DNA of 64,000 nt from an uncultured Treponema sp. Its GTDB lineage: Bacteria > Spirochaetota > Spirochaetia > Treponematales > Treponemataceae. Positions 18,473-28,084 of this stretch are shown piece after piece. The stretch's first letter is position 1. Each line of letters starts with the position of its first letter. The notes under the pieces are model-generated. The model was given only the letters and a program-made list of their open reading frames with translations, was not told the DNA's origin and did no database searches. The translations under genes were made by a program, and so were the position numbers. Where the stretch lies: positions 12,770 to 76,769 of the forward strand of contig ONET01000003.1 of the NCBI GenBank assembly GCA_900316905.1. The letters run 5' to 3'.

Positions 18473-19438
18473 ATGATGGATTGGAAAACGCCGGCCCTGA
18501 CAGATTTGGAGACCCTTCAAAAATGCGCCGCGACTAACGGCTTTTTGGCCAACGTTTACGGCGCGGCCAATTGCGTCCTTTACGCAAAAAAGTTTGGAGC
18601 GCAAATCGCGCTGGAAGGCGGCTGGCTTTTTTTGCGCCTGTACGAAGACCAAAAGCCGCGCTTTTTCTTTCCGCATAAAATTGACGGCGGCCTTGAAGGC
18701 GCGGAAGAGGCGCTAAAACTTTTGGAGCGGGAAGCGCGCGGCTTTTTGGAAGCCGACAGCCGCTTTGAAAAAGAGCCGTTTGTCCTAAAGAACATTACCG
18801 CCGCCGAAAAGGAAATCGCCGCGCGCGTTTTTCCTGGCGCTCAATTCGCCGCCGCGCGCGAGTCCGGCGACTACATTTATCGGACGGAAGATTTGGCCGC
18901 CCTTGCCGGAAAAAAATACGGCAAAAAAAGGAACCACATAAAGCAGTTTAAGACAAAGAGGCCCGGCTGGCGCTTTGAGCCTTTGACAAGCGCAAATTTG
19001 CAAGACGCGCGCCTGGTTGAAGAAAAATGGCTTGAAGAAGTTTTGGCGGCCGCCTCGGCGGGCGCAAACAACGCGGCGGGCGACGACCTAAAAATAGAAA
19101 AGGAAATAATTTTTTCTGCGCTTGAAAATTTTGACCGCTTTGAAAAAGTTTGCGGAATGACCGGCGGCCTTCTTTATGTTGACGACAAGCCCGCCGCTTT
19201 TTGCGTGGCAAGCCGTTTGAGCGCGGCTATCACCGACGTTCACTTTGAAAAATGCCTTTTTGAATATGCCCGCGACGGAGGCTACGCTGTCATCAACAAC
19301 GAGTTTTCAAAAAGCGTAAAAACAGAATTCATAAACCGGGAAGAGGACTTGGGAATAGAAGGCCTTCGCAAGGCAAAGCTTTCCTACTACCCGGAAGAAA
19401 TATTGGAGAAATACAATGGAACAATTCATTCAGCTTGA
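18473..19438 (+). CDS. DUF2156-family protein
   Basis: DYIY...LAGKKYGKKRNHI, HFEK, INREEDLGIEGLRKAKLSYYP. Confidence 0.88.
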   Translation: MMDWKTPALTDLETLQKCAATNGFLANVYGAANCVLYAKKFGAQIALEGGWLFLRLYEDQKPRFFFPHKIDGGLEGAEEALKLLEREARGFLEADSRFEKEPFVLKNITAAEKEIAARVFPGAQFAAARESGDYIYRTEDLAALAGKKYGKKRNHIKQFKTKRPGWRFEPLTSANLQDARLVEEKWLEEVLAAASAGANNAAGDDLKIEKEIIFSALENFDRFEKVCGMTGGLLYVDDKPAAFCVASRLSAAITDVHFEKCLFEYARDGGYAVINNEFSKSVKTEFINREEDLGIEGLRKAKLSYYPEEILEKYNGTIHSA

Positions 19439-19862
19439 TGAATCGTATTTGAGCAAGGCCGCGCAGTTGTACAAGGAGGCCTTTGCCGGCGAACCTTGGA
19501 ACGACGACTGGAGCGACCAAAAGCAATTGATGGAATATATAAAGGAAGTTTCGGGCCACTACAACGCGCTCAATTACGGCCTTTTGATTGACGGAAAGTT
19601 GGTCGCGATTTCTTTGGGCCAAATCCGGCATTGGTGGGAAGGAGCCAATTACAACATTGAAGAATATTGCGTGTCAAAAGATTTGCGCGGCCGGGGCATT
19701 GGCTCTAAGTTTATGGCGATGATAGAGGCGGACGTCAAGAAGCGCGGCGTTGCGGGAATTTTTTTGCAAACCGACATCGACAAGCCTTCGTTCCGCTTTT
19801 ATACAAAGAACGGATTTTCAAATTTGGAAAAGCATGTAAGCTTATTTAAAGGCGTAAAATAA
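19416..19862 (+). CDS. GNAT N-acetyltransferase
   Basis: EPWNDDW, EYCV...RGRGIGS, FYTKNGF. Confidence 0.88.
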   Translation: MEQFIQLDESYLSKAAQLYKEAFAGEPWNDDWSDQKQLMEYIKEVSGHYNALNYGLLIDGKLVAISLGQIRHWWEGANYNIEEYCVSKDLRGRGIGSKFMAMIEADVKKRGVAGIFLQTDIDKPSFRFYTKNGFSNLEKHVSLFKGVK

Positions 19863-19876
19863 AAGGAGATGGCGGC

Positions 19877-20461
19877 ATGAAAATTTACGACATTTCGCAG
19901 GAACTTTTTGGCTGCGCCGTTTATCCGGGCGACCCTCAGCCCGAAAGGTTTGTGACGCTCAGCATTAAAAACGGCGACGTTTGCAATTTGACGGCATTTA
20001 AAATGTGCGCCCACAACGGAACCCACGTTGACGCGCCCTTCCATTTTTACGCCGACGGAAAGACAATCGACCAAGTTGACTTGGACCGCTTTATCGGATG
20101 GGCCTATGTCGCCGAACATGATGGAGACATAAGCGCCGACGACGCCAAAAACATTTTAAAGGCGGCCAATGGCTGCGAGCGCATTCTTGTAAAGGGAAAG
20201 GCGGTGGTCACAAAAGAGGCGGCCCAGGTTTTTGCGCAAGCGCGAATAAAGCTTTTTGGAAACGAGTCGCAGACCGTAGGGCCGATCGACGCGCCAAAAG
20301 AAGTTCACCTTATAATGCTTGGCGCGGAGATTGTTTTGCTTGAAGGAATCAGGCTTGAAAAAGTTCCGGCCGGAAAATATTTTTTAAATGCGGTTCCGCT
20401 AAATCTTGGCGGAGCGGACGGCTCTCCCTGCCGCGCGACTCTTTTGGAAATGCAGGAATAA
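19877..20461 (+). CDS. Cyclase / kynurenine formamidase-like metal hydrolase
   Basis: HNGTHVDAPFHF, VH..L, GADGSPCRA. Confidence 0.88.
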   Translation: MKIYDISQELFGCAVYPGDPQPERFVTLSIKNGDVCNLTAFKMCAHNGTHVDAPFHFYADGKTIDQVDLDRFIGWAYVAEHDGDISADDAKNILKAANGCERILVKGKAVVTKEAAQVFAQARIKLFGNESQTVGPIDAPKEVHLIMLGAEIVLLEGIRLEKVPAGKYFLNAVPLNLGGADGSPCRATLLEMQE

Positions 20462-20527
20462 GGCGGCGGCCGGATTAAGGCGACTTTTTCTTGTTTTTTT
20501 GGGCAAAACGCGCTATAATGGTTGAAT

Positions 20528-22555
20528 ATGGCAGATGATTATTCCGGCCCTTCCAAGCCCAAAGCGGTTTGGGAGCCTGGCACGCTTGACGCTACAAGAA
20601 AGAATATCGGAGCGATTGACAAGGAAGAAGCCGCCCGCATGACAAAAATTTTGGGCGGCGAAATAATGACTGAAAAGTCAACGCCCATTGACTACTCAAA
20701 ATTGCCTAAGCGGGCGCCGTCAAACCGCGTTGTCCGTTCCACAAATGTTTCCAGCCAAATGGCCAAAAACGCGTCGTCAAGCGCCAGCTCTTCTTCAAGT
20801 TCCGCGCCAAGCGAGCCAAAGCGCAAAGTGACAAAAGCCGCCAATTTGCCCCAAATTTCCGCCAAAGACAACGCAAAGATAGACAAGCTTATGATGAGCG
20901 ACGTCTACGCCATAAAGCCGAATTACGGCTTGTTCAACTTTCTAAAAAAATTGGCAAAAGACGGTTCCGAAAAGGTGATTCCAGAATTTGCCGAAATCAC
21001 GCTAAAGGCGCACCTAGACCACATCAATGTCTTTATAACTGTAATAAAATCCATAATTCAATTTTCGCCCGACACATACAAGGCGCGCATTCAAAACGAG
21101 ACCGACATGAAATTCCGCTTTTTGCGGAAAATTTCCGAATGGTCCACAAAAGACGCGAAGCTCGCTTACGTCAACCTTGAAACCTTGCAAGACACTCCGG
21201 TTGTGGCTGACTTGGTTCCCTTTGTAAAAGCGGTTTACAGGCTTTTGATTACGATTCATTATATCGGGGAACCTGCGGTAGTGCGCGCGATTAAGGAAAT
21301 ATACGCGGATTTGTTGCATTACCCCAACGCCGACAAAGACAAATTTTCGCGCTTGGCAAAAGAGGCCATCACGGAATGGGTTTATTTGTACGGCCAAATC
21401 ATCAAAGGCCTTTATCCGCTTTTGATGCGCATGTGCGGAACTCCTTATGACGAGTTTCCGCATTTCTTTGTCGCGCAAGTTTCGTCGATACTGAACTTTT
21501 TGGGCCTGAAAAAATTCGACCTGCTTTTGCCGGAAAAGAAAGTTGACCCCGAAGAAGTTCGCAAGGCAAAAGAGGCGGAAGACAAGGCAAAGGAAGCCGA
21601 GCAAAAAAAGAAGGAGCAGGAAAAAGAAGCGGCCAGCCAATCTGAAATGACTGAAAAAGGCTTGGCCTTGCTTGACCGCTTGTTCCCCGGAGCGGGCTTT
21701 AAAAAACTGGACACTTTCCCCGACATGTGGCCATACTTTGACCCGCTCTATGATTTTGACGAAGCCTACTTGATGCTGGCTCCAGAAAATCCAATCCAGA
21801 TTACAATCATTCTTTGCGAAATTTTGCAAGACATTTTCCGCGCTTGCAACAAGATGCAGTTTAACGTTGAAGGAAATCCTTTCTTTTCTTCGCGCGAAGA
21901 CAACCTTGCAAAGGCTTTGAGCGAATGGCCAGTATATGTAGACACGCTCTTTAGCCGCGACTATGGCGAGCAACTAAAGCAGCTGGTAAACCAAACTTAC
22001 ACGCAGGCCAACTACGTCACGACCCGCGCCGGAAAAAAATGCGTCACCGACATTCTTTGGCTTACCAAGTACAGCTTCCTTCCGCACTTTACTTTTGAGC
22101 AGCTTTTGTTGGAACGCCCGATAAACAACAACAAGTATTTGGCGCTCTTTATTAGAACGGCCTTTTTGCGCGACGCCTTCAACGACCTTACAAAGCAAAT
22201 CGCGCAGGTTGAAAAGACAAAGGGCGCTGTCGGCGGCTTGAACAATCCGTGGGAACATTACGATTTTGAAATTACGTCGCCGATTTCAAAGCGCTTGGAC
22301 GTTTTGCTGAACGCAAAGGACAAGAGCGCCAACACTACGGCCAGCAACGCGAATGTAATAAAATACATTTCGTGCATTATTTCCGTTCTTGACTGGTGGA
22401 TCAACTCGCGCTCTTCGCCCGCTTACAAGGCCGACTCGCGCAGGATTTACCGCACTGTGCCGGGCACGCAGGAACCGGCTTTTTCCATCGAGCCGCGCGA
22501 AGACCAAGACCAGCTCTTTGCCGCCGCCATTCGCGCCGCCGTGCAAAAAAAGTGA
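20528..22555 (+). CDS. Large hypothetical protein (probably spirochaete-conserved)
   Basis: ~675-aa ORF with host-like codon usage, a Ser-rich linker and a K/E-rich coiled segment. TATAAT at 20514-20519. Confidence 0.75.
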   Translation: MADDYSGPSKPKAVWEPGTLDATRKNIGAIDKEEAARMTKILGGEIMTEKSTPIDYSKLPKRAPSNRVVRSTNVSSQMAKNASSSASSSSSSAPSEPKRKVTKAANLPQISAKDNAKIDKLMMSDVYAIKPNYGLFNFLKKLAKDGSEKVIPEFAEITLKAHLDHINVFITVIKSIIQFSPDTYKARIQNETDMKFRFLRKISEWSTKDAKLAYVNLETLQDTPVVADLVPFVKAVYRLLITIHYIGEPAVVRAIKEIYADLLHYPNADKDKFSRLAKEAITEWVYLYGQIIKGLYPLLMRMCGTPYDEFPHFFVAQVSSILNFLGLKKFDLLLPEKKVDPEEVRKAKEAEDKAKEAEQKKKEQEKEAASQSEMTEKGLALLDRLFPGAGFKKLDTFPDMWPYFDPLYDFDEAYLMLAPENPIQITIILCEILQDIFRACNKMQFNVEGNPFFSSREDNLAKALSEWPVYVDTLFSRDYGEQLKQLVNQTYTQANYVTTRAGKKCVTDILWLTKYSFLPHFTFEQLLLERPINNNKYLALFIRTAFLRDAFNDLTKQIAQVEKTKGAVGGLNNPWEHYDFEITSPISKRLDVLLNAKDKSANTTASNANVIKYISCIISVLDWWINSRSSPAYKADSRRIYRTVPGTQEPAFSIEPREDQDQLFAAAIRAAVQKK

Positions 22556-22559
22556 TATT

Positions 22560-22650
22560 GTCATTCTGCCGCATTGCGGCATTATGGCAAGGAAATTATT
22601 TACTTGTCCGCTCGCGCGGACTGTCATTGCCGGGCTTGACCCGGCAATCT
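22560..22650. repeat. ~90-bp composite intergenic palindromic element, copy 1
   Basis: GTCATT..GCCGC.TTGCG..TATGGCAAGGAAAT...CTGTCATTGCCGGGCTTGACCCGGCAATCT; near-collinear with 32961-33051. Confidence 0.8.
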
Positions 22651-22651
22651 T

Positions 22652-24289
22652 TTATCCCTCATTCTCGTAGGCCACCAAATGCTCTTGGCCGTAGATTTTG
22701 CGCAGTTTGGGCTTTTCGATTTTTCCCGTCGGGTTTCGCGGAACAGGCGCGAATATGATTTTGCGCGGTCTCTTGTAGCGGGGCAATTCCTCGCAAAATT
22801 GATTGATTTCGTCTTCGGTGGCGGTCATGCCTTCCTTTAACTGGATGACCGCGCCCGCGATTTCGCCCAAGCGCTTGTCGGGCAAACCTATGACGGCCAC
22901 GTCGTGAATTTTGTCGTTCTTGCGCAAAAAGTCTTCTATCTGAACTGGATACAAGTTTTCGCCGCCGCAAACGATGACGTCCTTGGCGCGGTCAACAAGG
23001 TAGTAAAAGCCTTCCGGGTCTTGCATGGCCACGTCGCCGGTGTCAAGCCAGCCGTCGTGTAGGACTTCCGCCGTGGCTTCAGGGTTGTTAAAGTATTCTT
23101 TCATCACGCCGGGGCCTTTGACGTAAAGGATTCCGGCCTGGCCCTTTTCCACTTCCTTGCCTGTCTCGTTGTCCACAATCTTACATTCCCAACCGTAGCC
23201 GGGCACGCCAATCGCGCCAACCTTGCGCGTGTTTTCCACTCCAAGGTGAACGCAGCCAGGACCGATGCTTTCGGACAGGCCGTAATTGGTGTCGTATTGG
23301 TGCTTGGGAAAGTATTCCAGCCAATGCCGCACAAGGCTTGGCGGAACGGGTTGGGCGCCGATGTGCATCAAGCGCCACTGGTCCAGCTGGTAGTCCGCCG
23401 CTTTTATTTTTCCGCTGTCCAAAGCGTCAAGAATGTCCTGCGCCCACGGAACCAAAAGCCAAACTATCGTGCATTTTTCGCGGCTTACGGCGCCCAAAAT
23501 GTATTCGGGCTTTGTTCCCTTTAGCAAGACGGCGCGGCTTCCCGACACTAGCGATCCAAACCAGTGCATTTTGGCGCCGGTGTGATAAAGCGGCGGAATG
23601 CACAAAAAGCAGTCCGAGCGGCTTGTGGAATGGTGCTTTTGCTCGACAAGCGCGGCGTGCGTAAGGGCGCGGTGGGTGTGCAAAATCGCTTTTGGAAAGC
23701 CCGTCGTTCCGCTTGAAAAATAAATGGCCGCGTCGTCGTCGTCCTTCAATTCGATTTCCGGCGCCTTGCTGGGGTAGTCGGCCACAAGCTCGCGGTAGCT
23801 TTCGGCAAAGGTCGGACAGTTTTCGCCAACGTAAATCAAAAGGCGGTTCTTGTTAAGCTTTTCCTCTATCTGCTCAACGCGGCCGATAAATTCCGGCCCA
23901 AAAAGCAATACGTCAACTTCGGCCAAGTCGGCGCAATACAAAATTTCGTCGGCGGAATACCTAAAATTCATCGGAACTACAATCGCGCCCGACTTTAAGA
24001 CGCCAAAGTAAATCGGAAGCCATTCCAAGCAGTTCATCATCAAAATGGCAACCTTGTCGCCGCGCTTGATTCCCCGCGCCAAAAGCATGTTGGCCATGCG
24101 GTTGGCCTTTTCGTCAAAGACGCGCCAAGTGATTTCGCGGCGGTAAAAGGTCTTGTCGGTCGGCTGAATCAAGTCGTAGTCTTTCCAAGTTATTTTTCGC
24201 GTTTCTTCCTGTTCAGGATTGACTTCCACCAAAGCGACTTCGTCGCCGTAAAGCTTGCGGTTTTTTTCCAAAAATTCAGTGATTGCCAT
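22652..24289 (-). CDS. AMP-dependent acyl-CoA synthetase/ligase
   Basis: YFSSGTTGFPK, YGLSE, TGD, RAKD, GKIEK. Confidence 0.93.
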   Translation of the reverse strand: MAITEFLEKNRKLYGDEVALVEVNPEQEETRKITWKDYDLIQPTDKTFYRREITWRVFDEKANRMANMLLARGIKRGDKVAILMMNCLEWLPIYFGVLKSGAIVVPMNFRYSADEILYCADLAEVDVLLFGPEFIGRVEQIEEKLNKNRLLIYVGENCPTFAESYRELVADYPSKAPEIELKDDDDAAIYFSSGTTGFPKAILHTHRALTHAALVEQKHHSTSRSDCFLCIPPLYHTGAKMHWFGSLVSGSRAVLLKGTKPEYILGAVSREKCTIVWLLVPWAQDILDALDSGKIKAADYQLDQWRLMHIGAQPVPPSLVRHWLEYFPKHQYDTNYGLSESIGPGCVHLGVENTRKVGAIGVPGYGWECKIVDNETGKEVEKGQAGILYVKGPGVMKEYFNNPEATAEVLHDGWLDTGDVAMQDPEGFYYLVDRAKDVIVCGGENLYPVQIEDFLRKNDKIHDVAVIGLPDKRLGEIAGAVIQLKEGMTATEDEINQFCEELPRYKRPRKIIFAPVPRNPTGKIEKPKLRKIYGQEHLVAYENEG

Positions 24290-24390
24290 TAAAGTTCTCC
24301 AAAGTTGAATGTTCTATTATACCACGCTTCGCTTGAATTTGCAAATAAATGCCGCTTGTATATGCCGCGTTTTTTTGGTAAAGTCAGCGT

Positions 24391-24861
24391 ATGTTCTTAA
24401 AATACCTTTGGATTTTTTTCATAAGCATGGTTCCGCTTATTGAATTGCGCGGCGCCATTCCCGTTTCGCAGGCCTTGGGCTTGCCGATAATTCCTTCTTA
24501 CGCAGTTTGCATTGTCGGGAACATGATTCCCGTTCCGATAATTTTTTGGTTCGCGCGCCGATTTTTGGAGTGTGGCCAGGACAAAAAATTTGTTGGCGGA
24601 ATTTGCCGCTTCTTTTTGGTCAAGGGAAGTGACGCCGGCAAAAAGCTTCAGGCCAAGGCTGGCCGAACGCTTTTTGTGGCTTTGTTTTTGTTTGTCGGAA
24701 TTCCGCTGCCGGGAACCGGAGCGTGGACTGGAACCTTGGCGGCCAGCCTTTTGGACATGGATTTTAAGGAAACGGTCATCGCCGTCACGCTCGGCGTTTT
24801 GCTCGCCGGCGTGATTATGATGGCCTTAAGCTTCGGTCTCTTCGGCGCCATTCTCGGCTGA
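24391..24861 (+). CDS. Small multidrug export-like membrane protein (COG2426)
   Basis: [28 protein letters not shown]. Leaderless promoter TTGTAT-17-TAAAGT. Confidence 0.88.
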   Translation: MFLKYLWIFFISMVPLIELRGAIPVSQALGLPIIPSYAVCIVGNMIPVPIIFWFARRFLECGQDKKFVGGICRFFLVKGSDAGKKLQAKAGRTLFVALFLFVGIPLPGTGAWTGTLAASLLDMDFKETVIAVTLGVLLAGVIMMALSFGLFGAILG

Positions 24862-26955
24862 TTCGGATTCCGCTTCTTTAGCTTCCTCTTCAACCTTAAA
24901 CAAGCTGATTTCTCCAGAAACGCGCTCAATGCTTTCGCTGTTTTCTTTTGTAATGTTGTTCACTTGCTGTATTGAGTTGTTGATTTCGTTTACGCCAATG
25001 CTGATTTCGTTCATGGCGCCGTTGATTTGCTGCGTTACAGAAGCCAGCTTGTCCATTTCGGCGAGCAACTTTTTCTTGCCGTCTTCCATGATTCCGGCGC
25101 TGGTTTTGACGTCGGCGGTAATCGTGTTGATTTCATTGACGGAATCAAGCACTTGCTCGCCGCCCTTGGTCTGCTCGTCCATCGCCGCCTTGATTTCGTT
25201 TTCCTGAATGCTGACGGTCTGCGTGTTGCTGAAAATCGTCTCGAATTGCGCCTGGGTCTGAGAAGCGTCTTGAACCATCGAATCGATTTGCTCTCGCATT
25301 CTCTTCATTACATTGTTGATGTTCTTTCCCTGCTTGTTGGAATCTTCGGCAAGCTTTCTGATTTCGTCGGCTACAACCGCAAAGCCCTTTCCGGCCTCGC
25401 CGGCGTGCGCGGCTTCGATGGCGGCGTTCATTGACAAAAGGTTTGTCTGGCGGGCGATGTTTTGGATTACCGCGCTGGCTTCGATAAGGCCGGCGGAATC
25501 TTCGGCAATCTTCTTTGTCATCTCAACGCTCTTGGAAACGATTTCTTTTCCGATGGCGGCGGAATCTGAAAGAAGCTTTACGCTCTGAGAGTTCTTGGCC
25601 AAAATGCTGTTGACTGAATTGATGTTGGCGACCATCTGCTCAACCGCCGCCGACGAGCGCGAAACGCTTTCGGACTGTGAGTTGATGTTGCTGGTCAACT
25701 TTTCAATGCTTTCGCTCATTTCGTTGAGCGTGACGTTGGCTTCTTGCACGCCGGTAGATTGGTTGCCTACGTCGTTCTTGATGCTGTCGATGTTGGCGCT
25801 GATTTGCGTGATGGCGCCGGCGACGTCGTCCATGTTGCTGGAAAGGTTTCGGCCGATGTTTTGCATGTTGCCGGATTCCACGATGATGGACTTCATCGAG
25901 CTGGCGATTTTTTCAATCGTAAGGTTGAAGTATTCGGACAAGCGGCCGATTTCATCTTTTGTCTTTACCGGCAGGCGCACGGTCAAGTCGCCGTCGCCCT
26001 CGGAAATGTTCTTGAGGATGCCGGTGATTTCGATGATCGGCTTAGTGAAGCTGCGCGCCATCAAGCTGGCGACCAAAATGGAAATTATGATGCCCAAAAC
26101 CAAGGCGACAATCACCGCTTCGATGATTTTTGTCGTTCCGCCGTTGATGACGGACATCGGGATTACCAAAACATAGTCCAAAGAGTAATAGTCGTTTGAC
26201 GAAGGAAGAGCGCGGATTTCGCACTTTGTTCCGTCAAGCATCTTGTCGCGGGAAGTGTTGTAGGCGCCGGGCGCAAAATTCTCCACGCTCTTCAAGCCGA
26301 TGTCGTTGACTTTTTGAAAGGTCAATTCGTCGCTGAAAGGGTTAAGCAAAACGTTGCAGTCTTGGTCAACAAGGATGTATTTGATGTCGCCCATGCTGGT
26401 GGAGTCTCCCAAAAGGATTCCAAAAAGGCGCGCGTCGATTTCATAAGCCGCTACGCCGACCATGTCGCCGTATTCGTCGGTGATTGTTTTTGAGGCGGTA
26501 AAGGCAAGCTTGCCGTCGGACAATTCGTGCAAAGTTGAAAAACGCGCCACGCCGTCATAGTCAACCGCCTCGATGTACCAGTTTTCTTCTTGCGGATTGG
26601 CGGGAGCGTAGTCTTGCGGATAATAATAGGATTCGCCGCTTTCCAATGTAATCGAAGCCGCCAAGACCGTGTCGTTGTTTTCAACAAATGAACTTTCGTA
26701 TTCAGTCAGCGCTTCTTCCATCGTGTCGGGGTTGTTTTTTGCCATCAAGTATGAATTTCCAAGCAAAGAAAGTTCCGCGTCCGAACCGTTCAAAAAGGCT
26801 GAAATGGTCGTGTCTGTAAGGCGCATTATGTTGCCCAAGTTTTCCGTGAACTGAATGTCGTTGATAGATTTTTCACGGATGAAAACCATGATTCCAAGCG
26901 CCAGCAAAAGCGAAATAGTCATAAGGTTTATGCCCATGACGATTTTGCCGGCCAA
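24826..26955 (-). CDS. Methyl-accepting chemotaxis protein (Cache-HAMP-MA)
   Basis: Two TMs, HAMP (GDLT...DEIG), [38 protein letters not shown]. The true start may be ATG 26992 across a frameshift (see findings). Confidence 0.93.
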   Translation of the reverse strand: MAGKIVMGINLMTISLLLALGIMVFIREKSINDIQFTENLGNIMRLTDTTISAFLNGSDAELSLLGNSYLMAKNNPDTMEEALTEYESSFVENNDTVLAASITLESGESYYYPQDYAPANPQEENWYIEAVDYDGVARFSTLHELSDGKLAFTASKTITDEYGDMVGVAAYEIDARLFGILLGDSTSMGDIKYILVDQDCNVLLNPFSDELTFQKVNDIGLKSVENFAPGAYNTSRDKMLDGTKCEIRALPSSNDYYSLDYVLVIPMSVINGGTTKIIEAVIVALVLGIIISILVASLMARSFTKPIIEITGILKNISEGDGDLTVRLPVKTKDEIGRLSEYFNLTIEKIASSMKSIIVESGNMQNIGRNLSSNMDDVAGAITQISANIDSIKNDVGNQSTGVQEANVTLNEMSESIEKLTSNINSQSESVSRSSAAVEQMVANINSVNSILAKNSQSVKLLSDSAAIGKEIVSKSVEMTKKIAEDSAGLIEASAVIQNIARQTNLLSMNAAIEAAHAGEAGKGFAVVADEIRKLAEDSNKQGKNINNVMKRMREQIDSMVQDASQTQAQFETIFSNTQTVSIQENEIKAAMDEQTKGGEQVLDSVNEINTITADVKTSAGIMEDGKKKLLAEMDKLASVTQQINGAMNEISIGVNEINNSIQQVNNITKENSESIERVSGEISLFKVEEEAKEAESESAENGAEETEA

Positions 26956-27151
26956 TGTCTTTTCTTTTCTTCCTTTTTTGCGTAGTTTCCATAAGATCCT
27001 CTCAAAAAGATACTGCGTTTATTCTATAGATTATAACATGGAATTTAAAAATAATAAAGTATTTATTGTAATTTTTTTAAACCTATGCTATTATATACGT
27101 ATACAGACAGTCCAGCCCAAAAAAAATCCGCTGGCTGCCAGGAGAAGAATT

Positions 27152-27949
27152 ATGAAGAAAATTTTTGCATTGCTTGCGGCGTGCGCCTTGTTCGCTTCTG
27201 CCTCTTTTGCGGAAGACGCGGCTTCAATCGCCAACAAGTCTGTCAGCATCACTCCGCCTGAATTCACTGCGACAAACGTAAGCTTTCAGTTTTTTGACAA
27301 AAACGGAAAGCTTGAGCGCGACTTGGTTCTTGACCAGTACGGCCGCAACCGCGCGGATTTGGTAGAAACAGTTTTTGCCTTTACAGCCGACGCTGACATC
27401 AAAAACACCCGCTTGCTTCAGGCCGAAAAGAAAGGAAAGCAGGACGACAAATGGATTTTCTTGCCGTCAGTGGGAACCGCCCGCCGCGTTTCTTCAGCCG
27501 AACGCCAAAAGTCATTCGTAGGCTCTGAATTCGCCTATGACGACATGTCTTTGCGCGACGCCGCTTTGGACACTCACACAATGATCAACGAGAACGTTTC
27601 AAAGAAGGTTGCCGCCACAACCTACAACTGCTGGCAGATTGAGTCAGTTCCTATTAAAAAAACCGACTCTGGCTACTCAAAGCGCGTTCAGTTCATCGAC
27701 AAAAAGACTTACTTGCCTGTTTACGTTGAGTACTACGACCGCAAGGGCGCCCTTCTTAAGACTTGCGCCATTGAGGAAATCCGCACCGGCACAGGCGTAA
27801 CGGGAAAGACCTATCCTATCCGCTGGAAAGTTCGCATGGAAAACAAGCAGAACGGCCGCACGACTTTGGTAACGCTCAAAAAGCAGACAATTGACAAGCC
27901 GGTTCCTGAAAAGACATTCACTCAGGGCTGGCTCGTTTCAGGAAAGTAA
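27152..27949 (+). CDS. LolA-like 'outer membrane lipoprotein-sorting' periplasmic protein
   Basis: Signal peptide MKKIFALLAACALFASASFA; WIFLP...RR.....SFVGSEFAYDDM, YSKRV, EYYD. Start ATG 27152 after GGAG. Confidence 0.82.
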   Translation: MKKIFALLAACALFASASFAEDAASIANKSVSITPPEFTATNVSFQFFDKNGKLERDLVLDQYGRNRADLVETVFAFTADADIKNTRLLQAEKKGKQDDKWIFLPSVGTARRVSSAERQKSFVGSEFAYDDMSLRDAALDTHTMINENVSKKVAATTYNCWQIESVPIKKTDSGYSKRVQFIDKKTYLPVYVEYYDRKGALLKTCAIEEIRTGTGVTGKTYPIRWKVRMENKQNGRTTLVTLKKQTIDKPVPEKTFTQGWLVSGK

Positions 27950-28011
27950 GAGACTTGTTCCTTTTGCGACGCGGACTGTCATTGTCGCGCCGCAATAATA
28001 ACAGCCAAGAC

Positions 28012-28042
28012 AAAAAAACCGCGCGGTCAGCGCGGTTTTTTT
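28012..28042. terminator. Bidirectional Rho-independent terminator
   Basis: A7-CCGCGC-GGTCA-GCGCGG-T7 between convergent genes. Confidence 0.85.
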
Positions 28043-28055
28043 ATGCCATTTCAAA

Positions 28056-28081
28056 AGATGTCCGGGCAAGCCCGAACATGA
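28056..28081. repeat. REP-like palindrome
   Basis: AGATGTCCGGGCAAGCCCGAACATGA; its reverse complement nearly matches 48834-48860. Confidence 0.7.
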
Positions 28082-28084
28082 AAA

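Noticed and set aside
13700-20461. Classical integron
   Set aside because: No IntI and no attC-like palindromes; the genes mostly abut or overlap.
26855-27151. Long N-terminal extensions in the ORF track (26855, 33936, 48830, 52500, 55504, 784)
   Set aside because: They overlap neighbouring genes or promoters; downstream ATGs have better RBS, signal peptide or -10 support.
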